A stretch of 64,000 bases of DNA from assembly GCA_964016885.1 (NCBI GenBank), contig OZ024757.1, forward strand, positions 39,060,001 through 39,124,000, in the 5' to 3' direction. Shown here one piece after another: positions 12,321 through 26,752 of the stretch. Below the pieces are notes generated by a model. It had not been told where the DNA came from. It worked only from the letters and a program-made list of their open reading frames with translations, and searched no databases. How positions within the stretch are numbered: the stretch's first letter is position 1; each line of letters opens with the position of its first letter. This DNA is from Eledone cirrhosa (lineage: Eukaryota). Both the position numbers and the translations under genes were made by a program.

Positions 12321-13524
12321 TAATAATAATAATAAGGACGAGGTGTTAGATCTTCATTACATTTATTGAGGTGTGACGGGCGTTTTGCAATCGATCAGCT
12401 CAAGGCTCGGTCAGTATCGATATGGCCCGACTCTGGAATCTAACGTTCGGCGGGCTTCTGTTATAGTAATCTATATATTAACCATATATTAAGTTTTCCA
12501 TCTTAGTCAGGAAATAATTAATCAATTTAATATATACCTTTCGAAATACTAGATTAGAAATACGTTAACAAACCTGTTTAAAATGTTTACATTTATTTCC
12601 TAACCTATCGTCTAACATTATGTATTAAATATTAATATATATTATAGTTGATATATATTAATATATATCAAATTTGTTAAATGTTATACGATATGATTTT
12701 ATTCCTACTAATGCCGGTTGCTCCTCACCATCGTTGAAAATACATTATTTATATATTTACAAGAATCGATATTTCTTAACTTACCATTTAAAAATTTAAT
12801 CCGTATTTTACCTAATTCATAAAAGTGGACTCTTTTGTGTTTGGAGTCAACTTTTGTATTGGGTACTATTGTCTTTCTACACCGGTCAACTGTTAACGAC
12901 ACCTACAGTATAGAGATTAATTTGAAGGTAATTATGTTAAAAATATATATTTTAACTTGTTTTTCTGTTAGGTTTAACATTACTATATCTAACAGACACC
13001 TTTCTAGTTTAACATGACAATAATAATGAGTGTAATATATTATTATTTTTATAACAATTACTTTTTATTTCTACAACACCGTATGTTGTATTTTTCAACT
13101 ACAATGATATTTGTAGAGATTCGTTTTCTCTCCACAAAGTTCTACAAATGTCATACTTGACAACCCAATATATTTTAAAACTACATTTTCTTATTTTTAT
13201 TCTTTGCAAGCTACGTGACTGTTTCCTTCACACTTTCCTCTCTTTCAATCTATGTTCCGTTTTCCATTCTAACTTCCAAACTTCAATATTGTTACTAATT
13301 TAACAAACTTCATTATTTACACTGACTTGCATACATTTCGTTTTAACAACCGGCTTAACTTCGTTAATTATTATCACCTTTACAACATGCTACTTTATTC
13401 TCGTGATCTCATAGTATTCGATGTAGTTTTTATGTCTCTTTTACCTCCTTCCTTTAAATCATTCATTCTCTCTGTTGCCTTTCCATCTACACACACACGT
13501 CTAGTTCTGCAAAAGCCATTTCAT

Positions 13525-14165
13525 TTGGCAGTATCGGTAGAGGGGCGGATAGCATGCTTTGTAGAATAGAGTTACGGCCGTTTATGAATTGTGTTCAAAT
13601 CCTGTCGAGGTTAACTTTGCCTTTCATCCTTATGGGGTCGATAAAATAAAGTAACAGTAATACACTGGGGTCGATTTAATCGACTTTCTCCCCCCCCCCC
13701 CCTTCCCCAAATTACTGATCTCGTGCCTATACTAGAAATCATTATTAAATGATTAATTACGGTAGAGGATTGGCAGTATCGGTAGAGCGTCAGACACCAT
13801 GCTTTGGTGTATATAGTTATGGCCCTTTACGTCCTGAGTTCAAATACCTCCGATATTAGCTTGCCTTTCATCCTTACGGGGTCGATAAAATAAAGTAACA
13901 GTAACGCGCTGGGGTCGATTTAATCGACTTTCCCCTCCCCCTAATTACGGACCTTGTGCCAAGACTAGAAATCATTATTAAATAATTAATTAATTATTTC
14001 TACGTTTGACACAAGGCCAGCAATTAGCCAGTACATTACTGGTACTTTATTTTATCGACCCTCGTAAGGAAGAAAGGCAAAGTTAACCACGGTGGGATTT
14101 GAATTCAGAATGGCAAGGGCCGTAACTCTATGCGTCAAAGCATGGCGTCCGACCCTCTGCCGATA
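13525..14165. mobile_element. Cluster of three dominant-family SINEs (+ 13525-13746, + 13767-13979, - 13992-14165)
   Basis: Three matches to the SINE consensus. Confidence 0.85.
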
Positions 14166-14331
14166 TGTGCGTACGTATTGACCTGTAGCACAGAACCTCT
14201 GCTATGTGTCAACAAAAGGACCACCTGCCTTACACCCACACTACCACAACTACTAATACTACAGCTTCTACGATTATTAATACTTCTTTCCTATTCAGTG
14301 TGTCGATTGAAAATTACTCGTATATATATAC

Positions 14332-14373
<42 letters not shown>

Positions 14374-14375
<2 letters not shown>

Positions 14376-14576
14376 CGAAGGAAGTGTGGTAAGGCACCAG
14401 GTGGACCATAACGCACCAGAGTACTCGATACTTTGGGTAGTGGAGTTGGTAATAGGAAAAGGTTCAGGACCCCGACGGCAGAACTCGAGCCGTTTCGACG
14501 ACGGCTATTTCTTGAGTTCAGAAATAGCCGTCGAAACGGCTTGAGCTCTGCGGTCGAGGCCCTGAAACTTTTCCTA
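14374..14576 (-). mobile_element. Family B fold-back element
   Basis: Tail on the minus strand plus palindrome 14452-14576; (TA)n flanks. Confidence 0.8.
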
Positions 14577-15986
14577 TATATATATATGCGTGTGTGCGTG
14601 TGTGGTGGTGGAAGAAAAATATGAAAGATATATATATATATATATATATATAATAGGGAGAGAGTATGTAGGTGAATCGGTTACAAAAGGCAATAGCTGT
14701 CTAACGGTTTCCAGAAATTGTTTGAGTTTCATAGCCGAGGTTAGCATATGATATGTTTAATAGCACCAAAGTTGATGGATGTTAAATAGTGTTTTACTGA
14801 AATTAGCTGAGCATCGGAACAAAATGTGAACTAGTTTACAAATGTGGTCATCGTATGTGTGCGATAAAGCATCGCATAAAAGACCTGCATATTGATTTAT
14901 TTGCTAAATAATTCCTGTTAACGTTGCTAGAATTCTATGACTATAGAGAAATATCTGTTTTCTTTAAGCATTCTTTACTTAATGAGGTTGTTGTGGTGGT
15001 GGTGGTTGTTGTTGCTGCTGTTGTTATTTAATCCTAGGTCAGCTCTTTCGGAGTAAATTTGTGTGGAAACACATTAGGGAGATGGCCATCTGGTTTTTAT
15101 AAACAGGCTCTAAATCTCACTATCATATATATTTGTTTATGCTGAAGAGGTTCTGATTCGATTTGAGGTGTATTTAGCTGCTATTTCAAGCATGAAGTAT
15201 TCCCATTTTGAGTAAAAGAATATGATATTAGTTTGTGTTAATCAAGGTTTCTGTGTAAGCCATCTGGGTTTTATAACCAAGGATTCCTTCTCAAGAAATA
15301 CAGATCTAAGTTACATCTATTTGGACACTTATACCGAACTATATTACAAACATATCAGTATATTTCCTGACACTCCTTTCTAGCGCTTTGTCCTTCTGTT
15401 GGGTATTTATGGTTCCCAACACCCTGGTAGTCGAAGAAAACTGACAACATATTGCAGGTTCTATTCCGTTTCTGACGTGCTTATGGAATAGTGTTAGTGG
15501 TGAGGTCTAAGTGACCTCGGATGTAAGGATTTATTTAGGGTTTGTGTAGCGCCCTACACCCTCGTCTCATCTCCAGATTTCACGGTATTCGAGAACTCGG
15601 GTTGCTTGTGTACGATAACGGGTGGAATGGAAATGCGACGAGTAAGTTGTACACCAACTCACATGTTTGAATCCTGACAGCGACTGACGCATTTGTGGTG
15701 CCCGTCTAAACGTACGCCGCTACATCAATGAATGCAACTCCAATTTTCATACATGTCTCCCGAATATCATTATATCCCAAGATCAGTAGATATCACGTGC
15801 ATATATGTATGCATATACAATTATTTATAATGTCTATGTGCATATACATGCACAAGCGTATGCTTATATGTATATATATATATATATATGTATATATATA
15901 CATATGTTTATGTGCGTATATATTTGTATATATATATATGGATTTATTTGTTTATATACGTGTGTATATATATGTATATGGGTGTG

Positions 15987-16022
<36 letters not shown>

Positions 16023-16699
16023 CATGTATGTATGTATATTTGTGTATGCATTGTACAAATATCATTGATTTCTAAATGCCTTACAAAAGCAGAAAACCAC
16101 GCCCTAAGGGAGTGTACAGTCTCGATTTTATCGATCCATGGTACTTAAATTATACTTATATTATCGAACACAAAACGATGAAAGTAGAAATATAATCGAT
16201 CAGACTATGATTTGATCTTCCAACATAAAAGGACCTAACAAAATACAATATATATTAATTGCATGTATGTATAAAGTATTTTCTATGCATAAATATTGTT
16301 TTGATGTTGTAATATCAATGAGCTTGATGAAGAAACCATTTTAAACAAATAATTAAAAATATAATAAAAACAGCTGTAGAATACACGTATATGAAAATGC
16401 ATGTAAGTTTTTGCATATGTGGGTGTGGGTGTATATATATGTATATATGTATATATGTGTGTGTGTATGTATATATGTATATCTGTGTGTGAATGTTTCT
16501 CTATGTATGTTTATTGTATGCATCTATATATGTTTATACGTTTATCTATCTATCTATCTATATACATATATACGTTTAAACACATGTCCCTATATGTATA
16601 GCTATATATAAATACATATATATACACACACACATACATGCACACGTATCCCCTATATGTATATATATATATATGTATACCTAAAGTACATATATATGT

Positions 16700-16715
16700 A
16701 TATACATTATAATAT

Positions 16716-16752
<37 letters not shown>

Positions 16753-16804
16753 TATGTATATACATATATATGATAGAATATATATATATATATATATAGG
16801 TATG

Positions 16805-16846
<42 letters not shown>

Positions 16847-16850
16847 TATG

Positions 16851-16888
<38 letters not shown>

Positions 16889-16892
16889 TATG

Positions 16893-16970
<78 letters not shown>

Positions 16971-17785
16971 TATATATATATATATATATCGGTATGTATA
17001 TATATGATAGAATATATATATATATATATATCGGTATGTATATATATGATAGAATATATATATATATATATATCGGTATGTATATATATGATAGAATATA
17101 CAATATATATATATATATCGGTATGTATATATATGATAGAATATACAATATATATATATATATAGGTATGTATATATATATATATGATAGAATATACAAT
17201 ATATATATATATATAGGTATGTATATATATATATATATATATATAGGTATGTATATATATATATATAATATACAATATATATATATATGTATATACATAT
17301 ATAATATACAATATGTATATACATATATAATATACAATATATATATACATATATAATATACAATATATATATATATAGGTATGTATATACATATATATAT
17401 ATATACATATATAATATACAATATATATATATATATAGGTATGTATATACATATATAATATATAATATACAATATATATATATATAGGTATGTATATACA
17501 TATATAATATATAATATACAATATATATATATATAGGTTTGTATATACATATATAATATATAATATACAATATATATATATATAGGTATGTATATACATA
17601 TATAATATATAATATACAATATATATATATATATAGGTATGTATATACATATATAATATACAATATATATATATAGGTATGTATATACATATATAATATA
17701 CAATATATATATATATATATAGGTATGTATATACATATATAATATACAATATATATATATAGGTATGTATATACATATATAATAT

Positions 17786-17828
<43 letters not shown>

Positions 17829-17897
17829 ATGTATATACATATATAATATATATATGTATATACGTATATATAATATATATAATATATATATATATAT
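16700..17897. repeat. TA-derived minisatellite with evolving ~35-45-bp unit (ataggtatgtatatacatatataatatacaat)
   Basis: Repeating ggtatgtat anchors, with unit variants (gatagaat, tacaat) in blocks. Confidence 0.9.
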
Positions 17898-18431
17898 CAC
17901 ATTGATAACACTATACTAGTTTCATCTCCAAGTTCCTCGATAACTTGAAACACGCCTGTGATTCACAACATTAAAATAGTAAGTTTCCTTGTTATCAGCC
18001 GCCATTAAAGTTTATAGGATATCTAATTCTTAACCCTCTCCACCATGACCACCATCACAAATTAAACATTTGGCTTCTTTAGTGTGTGTGTTGTTGTTGT
18101 TTCTTCTCCCCTGTATTATATTCTACAGTTTTACATTTGGCCTCTTTAGTGTGTTTGTTGTTGTTTCTTCTCCCTTGTATTATATTCTACAGTTTTACAA
18201 GAACATAAACAGGGAAGTCTATTCGCAGAATGATTTACTGTCCTGTAGGAAATCTAGGTCAGAAAATTCGCTAAGTTCTGCCTTTGCATCTAATACATTG
18301 ATCCTTGCGTTGTAATTATTGAATACAGCTTGGCGTTACTTTTTCTTCTTCCTAACGATTAGGTTCACGAAATGAATGTAATTTGCCAGAAACGACATAT
18401 AATAAATATGTACTTTGTCGAAACTGTTGTT

Positions 18432-19310
18432 AGAGATCTGATGGTGTGGAGAGAGAGAGAGAGAGAGATCTGATGGTGTGGAGAGAGAGAGAGAAAGTGT
18501 GAGGAGAGGGAGGAATCGAGAGTCGATAGAGATCGTAGAAGGAGTTGGTGTGGAGAGAGATAAAGAGAGTGAGAGAGCGAAAGTGTGTGTGTGTATGAGG
18601 GGAGTGATGGAGAAGGAGGGATCTAGAGAGTCGATAGAGATCGTAGAGGGGGTTGGTGTGGAGAGAGATAGAGATAAAAAGAGTGAGAGAGAGAGAAAGA
18701 TTGATTGCGAGAGGCGGTGCAGAGCATGGAGAGGTTGGCGTGTGTTTGTATTGTATTAAACACATGTATGTATGTGGTTCTGTGTGGTTCTGTATATGTT
18801 TGTGTAATGTACTGTAGCTGTGTGTATGTGAGTGTAGTATAGATGTGTTTATGTGTAGTGTAGTGTGGCTGTGTAAGTGTATCTGTGTAGTGTATTGTAG
18901 CTGTGTAAGTGTATCTGTGTAGTGTAGTGTAGTGTTGCTATATGTGTTTGTAGGTGGCATTCATTGGATGTTGAACAATAAAAACAATGATTGTTTTTAT
19001 TTCAGTTATGTTCTACTAATTGTAACTTTTCATGTATGTCCACCGATTCTCAATCTTAATTCTCAATTACATACACACATACACCCTCACACACACGCAC
19101 TCAGACACACACATACGCACCCCCCCCCCCCCCCACACACACACACTCACAGACACACATACATACTTACACACCCACACACACATGGAGATACACACAC
19201 TCACACACTCACACATAGATACACACACTGAAATATACACACTCACACACTGACATACACACATTCAGATATATACACTCACACACACATATAGTATATA
19301 TATAAAGAGA
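18432..19310. repeat. (GA)n-, (GT)n- and (CA)n-rich low-complexity tract with a local duplication (gagtcgatagagatcgtaga...gttggtgtggagagagata x2)
   Basis: Directly visible. Confidence 0.85.
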
Positions 19311-19314
19311 GAGA

Positions 19315-19430
19315 GGGGTAAAATCCCCAAAGTGACGCAAGTTTTTCCCACTCTTTACCCACTCTGCATCTCTCCATGGATTGAGTACTCCCATGATTAG
19401 TGGTCTCCCCAATCTCAACGCTGCAGATTC
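19315..19430 (+). mobile_element. Family F element (B-related tail) in a (GA)/(CT) repeat
   Basis: acccactctgc...tccatggattgagtactcccatgattagtggtctcccc; inverted homologue at 51630-51756. Confidence 0.6.
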
Positions 19431-20099
19431 TCTCCCTCTCTCCCTGTCTCCCCCTCTCTCTCCATTTCCCTCTCGATCCCTCTGTCTCTCCCTCTCCATC
19501 CCCCTGTCTCTCCCTCTCCATATCTTTCTCCCCTCGCTCTCTCCCTCTCTCTAACTAGCTATATATCTATCTATCTCTCTTTGTATGTGTATATAAATAT
19601 ATGTATTAGAATGGACCAAAGCTGTGAGGGAAGCTCCATATTTAAATTAAGGTACTCAATACATTAGGTAAAGTAGGTACTTGATTTTATTATATGTCAA
19701 CAATTTGCATATCTGAAGAAGTGTCGATGAAGCCTCGGCATCCGATCGCCTGATCAAAGTCAAGGTGACAGTTTTAAAAAGCCACAATTCTTATTCTCTC
19801 TCTCTCTCTCTCTCTAAATAAAATAGCGAGAACCGTATTTCGGCTTTGGAATTAGCGAAAAACAACTTCCGAGATGTGTGGCAAGCGCTCAATAATTCTG
19901 ACGAACTAGAGCTACAACATACGTTAAAGGCCAAACACACTGAGACGATGGTTGTAAAGCCATAGAAACGACCAAGTAATTCGCGTCAAACAAATAAAAA
20001 AATGTGATTGAAAAAATTTACCCGGACCCCTGGATGGTTGGTAAAATCCAGCATTTGGTTTTCTGCGACTCCTAAATCAAGTACTGTCCGCTTAGACAA

Positions 20100-20217
20100 A
20101 TAATTGTTTCCTCTTTAGGCACAAGGCCAGCAATTAACCAGTGCATTACTGGTACTTTATTTTATCGACCCCGTAAGGATGAAAGCAATGTCAACCTCGG
20201 CGGGATTTGAACTTAGA
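20100..20217 (-). mobile_element. Dominant SINE, 3' part
   Basis: SINE consensus match. Confidence 0.8.
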
Positions 20218-21034
20218 CAAATAATGTTAGGCTTCTGGTAAGATGATTGAATAAGGAAGTCACTTTCTCAACAGGTTTTAGTTCAAGTGCCAGGCAAGGA
20301 ATGACCGTTACCGATACCCACGTGGGGCTCGACAAGGGAGGCAACCCTTATTTTTGGCGGATGAAATTCAGTATGTGTATATTATTGCAAAAATGCAAAA
20401 TATCACAAAACGAATTATGCTCTCAACAGAAAGGTTATATATATATATATATATATATATATCGGCCCTGTAAGAATAAAATTAAATTTTACCAGAACGG
20501 CATTTGAACTCACAACATAAAGTTCCGCAACTAAATAGAGTAGGATATATAAAATAGGTTAATGATGTTAAAAGAATTAAAAAATAAAATTCCCCGTATA
20601 TTTTGTAAAGTAAATTAGGCGGTTGAAGAACCCTTCCCCTTTTACAGGGTTTATTTGTGTTCGAAAATAGGCTTAAATATGTCAAACACAATGAAATATA
20701 TATTTTAAAATAAAGGTTTAAAAACGATGTCGACACTTATGGCCAAAAGCAATAAGGAACTGAAGTAATACGGAAGATTAACAGAAAAGCTTTGAAATGG
20801 TGTGGAATTAATGAGTGATTAGTATTTGCTGAAAATAGAAGAGGTGAGAATTTTAATTTAAACATCAGCTTGGTAAATTAAGATAATGGTAACAAAGGAA
20901 AGGAAACACTAATTTTTTAGAACATAACAAAAGAAATAGTTTTAAACAAAGATTAAAATAAAACCAAGACTTCCTCGTCATGGGAAAAAAATCCTATATA
21001 TATATATATATATATATACACATTTATATATATA

Positions 21035-21072
<38 letters not shown>

Positions 21073-21083
21073 CATTTATAAAC

Positions 21084-21114
<31 letters not shown>

Positions 21115-21145
21115 CATTTATAAACATATATATTTATACACATAC

Positions 21146-21184
<39 letters not shown>

Positions 21185-21297
21185 TATATATATATATACA
21201 CATACATTTATATACATATATATATACATATATATGTACGCATACATTTATATACACACATATATATATATATATATATGTACGCATACATTTATAT

Positions 21298-21329
<32 letters not shown>

Positions 21330-21928
21330 ACATTGTTTATTTAATGTGGCAGCAGCAGTGGTGGTGGTGAGGGGGTTGGTTAAATAAAAATATAAAACAA
21401 TGAGAAGTGTTCAAGAAAATATATTCAATAATTTAACGGAAACATTACAAGAAAATTTGACGCCCTTTCAATATATTAGACCCAATTCTAGCTAGACTAA
21501 TCAGGAGGTTATTCTAACATTTATGGAATTGAAATATTTGATAACACTGTCTAAAAATATTTCAAAGTTAATTTATTTAACCTGTTCTACAATGTAACAA
21601 CTGAAGGTAATCTGGAAACTAGGTGAAATGTGGAAGAAAACAATCAAAAAATAAACCCATTTTAAACTGTGTCTTTTCACACACGTGCACACACAGACAT
21701 ATACACATATACAACACACACACATACAAATGATTACACGTGCGCGTTTAGTGTTTAGTTTTGACGAACGTGATAATGACTATTTAATACCGTAGTGAGA
21801 AGACTGTGTAGCGCATAGAAGATAGTATAGATGTGCTGGCTTCTAATTTGACCATAAACTATTAGTTTCTTGTATGCCATTGCGTGGTTATTCTCAAGTT
21901 CATGACAAGGAACTGGATATATGTATAT

Positions 21929-22157
21929 AGTTTTCCAAGAGATGTCAGCATGATGGACCTGTTATTTTTATCTAAAGACATTTTTTCCAATTTTACCCCG
22001 CCCGTCCCTTCAATCGTTCTTATTTTTCATTATTTCTTCTGATGAAGGACTAACCTCCGAAACGTTAAGACCCTCTTCCTGCTATTTCAATCGTTAACCT
22101 AATATATTCCTTCCATAGACTGTACCGATTGTGTTGTTATTTCTGTTTACCTTTTAC
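21929..22157 (+). mobile_element. Family I Penelope-like 3' end abutting (CA)n
   Basis: Homologous over ~220 bp to the inverted copy at 57210-57436; fragments at 45551-45608 and 55490-55545; contains a minimal hammerhead. Confidence 0.72.
22035..22070 (+). ncRNA. Minimal type I hammerhead ribozyme (family I)
   Basis: tctt-CTGATGA-a gga ctaacc tcc-GAAA-cg-TT-aaga, with the aacgtt palindrome typical of dimerising PLE hammerheads. Confidence 0.75.
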
Positions 22158-22480
22158 ACGCACACGCACACACGCGCGCACACACGCACACGCACACACG
22201 CACGCACGCACGCACGCACGCGCGCGCACACGCGCGCACACACATATAATAACTGTGAGATGTGGAAGTGCCACAAGCATGATATTATTTAGAATCTCTC
22301 AGTAGGATGTGAGGATGGAATAAAGGAAGATATTTAGCTTAAAACTACAACATTTCACAGATATTTGTACCTAGTGAAATATGCCGACGGCAATAGTAGG
22401 CCTTTCTAAATATTCCTATTTGACAACTGATAGTGTTAAAACGGATAACAGATTATATCTGAAATATAGTGAGAGGTGAA

Positions 22481-22620
22481 GGAGCATGGCTTAGTGGTTA
22501 GAGCATTGGGCTTGCAATCGAAAGGTTGTGAGTTCAATTCTCGGACCGAGTGGTGTGCTGTTTCCTTGAGCAAGACACTTTATTTCACGTTGCTGCAGTT
22601 TACTCAGTTGTAGAAATGAG
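22481..22620 (+). mobile_element. tRNA-derived SINE, second family
   Basis: tggcttagtggttagagc (A box), gagttcaattc (B box), ccttgagcaagacactttatttcacgttgct. Related fragments near 40730, 42905 and 57935. Confidence 0.7.
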
Positions 22621-23844
22621 ATGATAGGACTGGGGTCCCTATCATTAAATCACCCAAGACACCTCCAACGAGATATACCTTGGAGGAGGCCAGCTAAACC
22701 TGCATAGGTGTGAGCTGTAGAACAACTACATAGTAAGAGGTATATGTAGGAGAAAATTGAGAAAATCCGCGATTTTTCTTTACTCATGAGAGTAGCTAGG
22801 ATATTTGAGAAAAATCCAATGGTTATGTAGATTGCTAATGCTTAGTGCATTATCTTGTCTTCAGTAGATTGGACAGAGGAGGGGGAAATCACAATTTAAA
22901 TTAATTTATGCTAATAGAAAATAAAATGCGGAGGAGACAAAGTTAGATCCATGACAGTACAATATACATAATGGATATGCTTTGAGGTTTTTACTAGACC
23001 ACTTTCGAGAGTAGTATAATAGTTTAACCATTACTGAAAGAAGTAAGATGACTAAGATATATAGAATTTTAGTGAATGAATAGCGAGTAGCGTGACAAGT
23101 TAGTTTAACTTGTTAAGCACCATTCCTCCCAGGAATTCGAAGCCTAATGGCAGTCACAGATTCATTCTTCATTCTTCGTGACTGCTATAAGCTTTCTAAA
23201 ATTGCAGCATAGGCATATAGTATCTAGACATATGCCAACCTATAATAATATTTAAATATTACTTTTACACTATGTGATTGATTTGGAGGTTCTATATGGC
23301 CATCAACATTCTTCTTAGATCAGGCGAGAGTGAATATATTTAGCCACACTTCTATAACCAAATGTCTTTTATTTTATCGATTTATCATTAACTGTCAGTT
23401 AACTTCACCAAAATATTATTATAGCGTCTACTGCTATGGAGTTTTACTTTTATTATTACGATCTTCCTTTCAGCGATTTTATGAGAGTTTCTCCTGCAAC
23501 AGCAGATGCACCTTCGTGGTTTTGATGTGTGCAGCAGTTTTTTCTACTTTTATTTCGAGAGGGGAGAACGTGGATATTTCTTTGGCTTTATTCTAAATCA
23601 GTTTAGCATAATTCCTTTTTTTTGTTTTTTAGGATTCCTTTTGTTGTTTCTGCTGGTTTCTTACTCTCTGTGTGTAGATTTGGTGGAGTTCCAAATGATT
23701 CTAATTTAGGCTCAAGGTCAGCAAGTTTGACGGGTATTTAGTCATATACATAAACCCAATACCCTCAAATACTTAATTCATACTTTATCTTAACAAACGC
23801 CGAAGGGCGAAAGGCAAGGTTAACATCAGCAAGATATGGACAAG

Positions 23845-23876
<32 letters not shown>

Positions 23877-23908
23877 ATCTGAGGTTTTCGAATATTAATA
23901 ATAATAGT

Positions 23909-23956
23909 GAACTGTACTGATGAAGTGTAATACCCAGAAATATCTGTCTGTAATTC
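23909..23956 (+). ncRNA. Decayed hammerhead motif in a TA-flanked element (~23875-24052)
   Basis: gaactgta-CTGATGA-agtgtaataccca-GAAA-tatctg-TC-tgtaattc; stem I imperfect. Confidence 0.45.
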
Positions 23957-24050
23957 TGTTTACATGCCAACAGAAGAGCAAGAATGAGGGGCTCATTCTA
24001 CTGACATGGCTTTAAAAAAGAGGTTGTTTGCATAATTTCAAACAAATTGA

Positions 24051-24085
<35 letters not shown>

Positions 24086-24549
24086 GATAGATATATTTCT
24101 TTATTTGCCACAAGGGCGCAAAAGATGGGGACAAATACAATTGGATACATAGATAGATAGATATGTACAGTAGGTATTATTTGAGTCGTGATGCAATCAC
24201 AAAGCACTCAATGGAGCGAAAAATGAATACGTTATCGACCAGAGTAAATAAACACAACAGTTAAAAATTGTGCCATCAAGATAAACGACCGAAGGCAATG
24301 GGTATACATATACCACAACAACGATATGTATGTATATACACACACAAAAAAAAAATATATATATATATATATGAGCGAGAGACAGAAAAATACCATTTTT
24401 GGCATGTGGGTGTGTATTGGCTGTTATTTAATAGACTAGTATTTTCCACGTTGTACGTTGTGTACCAGTCCCATTCTTATTGTATGTAGAACTAACTTTA
24501 TTCTCTCTCTCTCTCTTTCTCACTCTCACTCTTTCTCTCTATCTCGCTA

Positions 24550-24595
<46 letters not shown>

Positions 24596-24722
24596 AATAG
24601 TATATATGTATAGTATATTTGGCAATATATCGTATGTTTAATGAAACACATTTAGAAGACCAAATGCTATCAGTTTTAAAGTAGTTACTATGTCACTTCT
24701 TTTCGGCAAAAGAAGGGAGAGA

Positions 24723-24763
24723 AGCTGACAGTCTGTTCACGCTGGTTGGCGTTCATCAGAGCC
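24723..24763 (-). ncRNA. Hammerhead-like motif lacking one core A
   Basis: Minus strand: ggct-CTGATGA-acgc caacca gcgt-GAA-cagactg-TC-agct. Confidence 0.55.
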
Positions 24764-25438
24764 ACGCAATCACCTTTGTGATTGTAGCTTCAGCACGCTG
24801 TTAGTGGTTCTCTGGTTTCTCTGCCAAAGCTTTAAAGATAGTTTACTTCCAACTTTGTCAAAGAAACTCTCACCGGTTTTGCTGAGATTTGACTAAAACA
24901 ATAGAATTGCATATTAAGTTTTGTTGGTTAACTTGAAATAAGCCGTCACCAAGTAGACATTTGCAGCCTAATTAAATATCGCACAGTGATTATGTCTGTC
25001 TTTTTACAGATTCTGCTAATCCATCACCCTTCATTGTATATTCAGTAAAAATAATGTTAGTATTTCAAGGAAAAAAAGAGGGAAATTAGATTGGAGAAAC
25101 TGTGAAAAGACTTCATAGAAATGACGTTACACGCCTATGTATGACTGTTAAAATATTTGCGTAGATTGCACATTGGCATTAGAACTATTGAAATGGGAAA
25201 TAAATATCCTGCATAAAAGTATAATTCTGGCGATGAAAGAAACTGTTTTATGGATTCTAGTCATGGAAATAATTTTATTGCATCATACAGAAATAATTCG
25301 ATGTCATTTTTGTAGATTTATAGATTCTTACGAAAGTTACCTTTTTTTTTGGGGGTTTGGTTTGTTACTCTAGAAAATTAATAAAAATAGAAAGGAAAGG
25401 CATTCTCTATATATGTTCAGTTACACACACACACATAC

Positions 25439-25494
<56 letters not shown>

Positions 25495-26117
25495 TGGAAA
25501 GAAGTAGAGATTATAATCTCATAAAATTTGTCAAGAATCGGAAGATGGTTGTAATTTTGATGCAAGAAAAAGTTAGCTGATAGTTGAGATTTCGACCTGT
25601 CGATACTTGTCAGCTTAGTACGTCCTTAGTTCTGCGAAATAAGCACACCCATTTCAAAGGATTCCTATTAAATGTCCAACTTAATGTTATATAAGCAATT
25701 TACCGTAACTCATGAGAAAGTCGCCGGAGTGGTTTAGTGGTATACGGCATTTTTCGGTTATTTTTAAACCTGGTGGAGCCCATCTCCCCTCCAGGACAGA
25801 AAACAGCAGATTTCTTCCAGCGAAGGGTAGAAAGATTGAGAGATAAGTGAGAAAGAGATAGTGGATTAATCGATCCCAGTACTTGAAGGGTACTTACTTC
25901 ATTTTCGTCTTGGATGAAAGTCAAAGTGAACCTCGGTAAGATGTGTTGAAATAATATCATTCAAATTAAATACCTAATAATTATCGTAATTGATTTCTAG
26001 TTCTTTAATGATTAATTGAAATGTGTATTTCCTTATTTCTTGTCCTATAACATATGTTCAATGTTTACAGTATAATTATGGATTGGAGATCATATTTATA
26101 TATCTTTATATGTATAT

Positions 26118-26306
26118 ATGAAAAGAGTCAGGACACCGACGGCTGAGCTCCGACCGCTTCGACAGCTAGATCTGTTCGGATCTAGCTGTCGAAGCGGCCA
26201 GAGCTCAGCCGTCGGTGTCCTGACTCTTTTCATATTACCCACTCTACTACCCAGAGTGCTCTGGTGCGTTATGGACCCCCTGGTATCTTACCACACATTC
26301 TTTGTT
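26118..26306 (+). mobile_element. Family B variant (B2) fold-back element
   Basis: Palindrome atgaaaagagtcaggacaccgacggctgagctc...gagctcagccgtcggtgtcctgactcttttcat plus B-type tail; the same variant occurs at 62448-62620. Confidence 0.78.
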
Positions 26307-26414
26307 ATATATATGTATATATATATATATATATACACACACACATATACAGCTGCCTGTCTCTCTCTTTCACTGTTTCTCTCTCCGTCTCTCTCTCTCT
26401 CTCTCTCTCTCTCT

Positions 26415-26454
26415 AATGTATTGAACCTTTAATTTTGGTTTTTAAGCACATTGT

Positions 26455-26496
<42 letters not shown>

Positions 26497-26536
26497 ACAA
26501 TGTGCTTAAAAACCAAAATTAAAGGTTCAATACATT
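26415..26536. repeat. Near-perfect inverted repeat centred on (TA)n
   Basis: aatgtattgaacctttaattttggtttttaagcacattgtacacac...(ta)n...gtgtgtacaatgtgcttaaaaaccaaaattaaaggttcaatacatt. Confidence 0.9.
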
Positions 26537-26577
26537 GAACTTTTATTTTTGGTCTATAAGATCATTGTATGTATTAT

Positions 26578-26752
26578 GTATCGGTAGAGGGTTGGACACC
26601 ATGCTTTGATGCATAGAGTTACGGCCCTTGCCATTCTGAGTTCAAATCCCGCCTAGGTTAACTTTGCCTTTCATCCTTACGGGATCGATAAAATAAAGTA
26701 CCAGTAATGCACTGGAATAATTGCTGGCCTTGTGCCAAAAGTAGAAACAATT
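26578..26752 (+). mobile_element. Dominant SINE
   Basis: SINE consensus match. Confidence 0.85.

Noticed and set aside
16700-17897. CRISPR-like repeat-spacer pattern
   Set aside because: The spacers are TA runs, not unique sequences; eukaryotic context with no cas genes.
22481-22550. tRNA gene
   Set aside because: A and B boxes are present, but there is no proper acceptor stem and the sequence continues into a SINE body.
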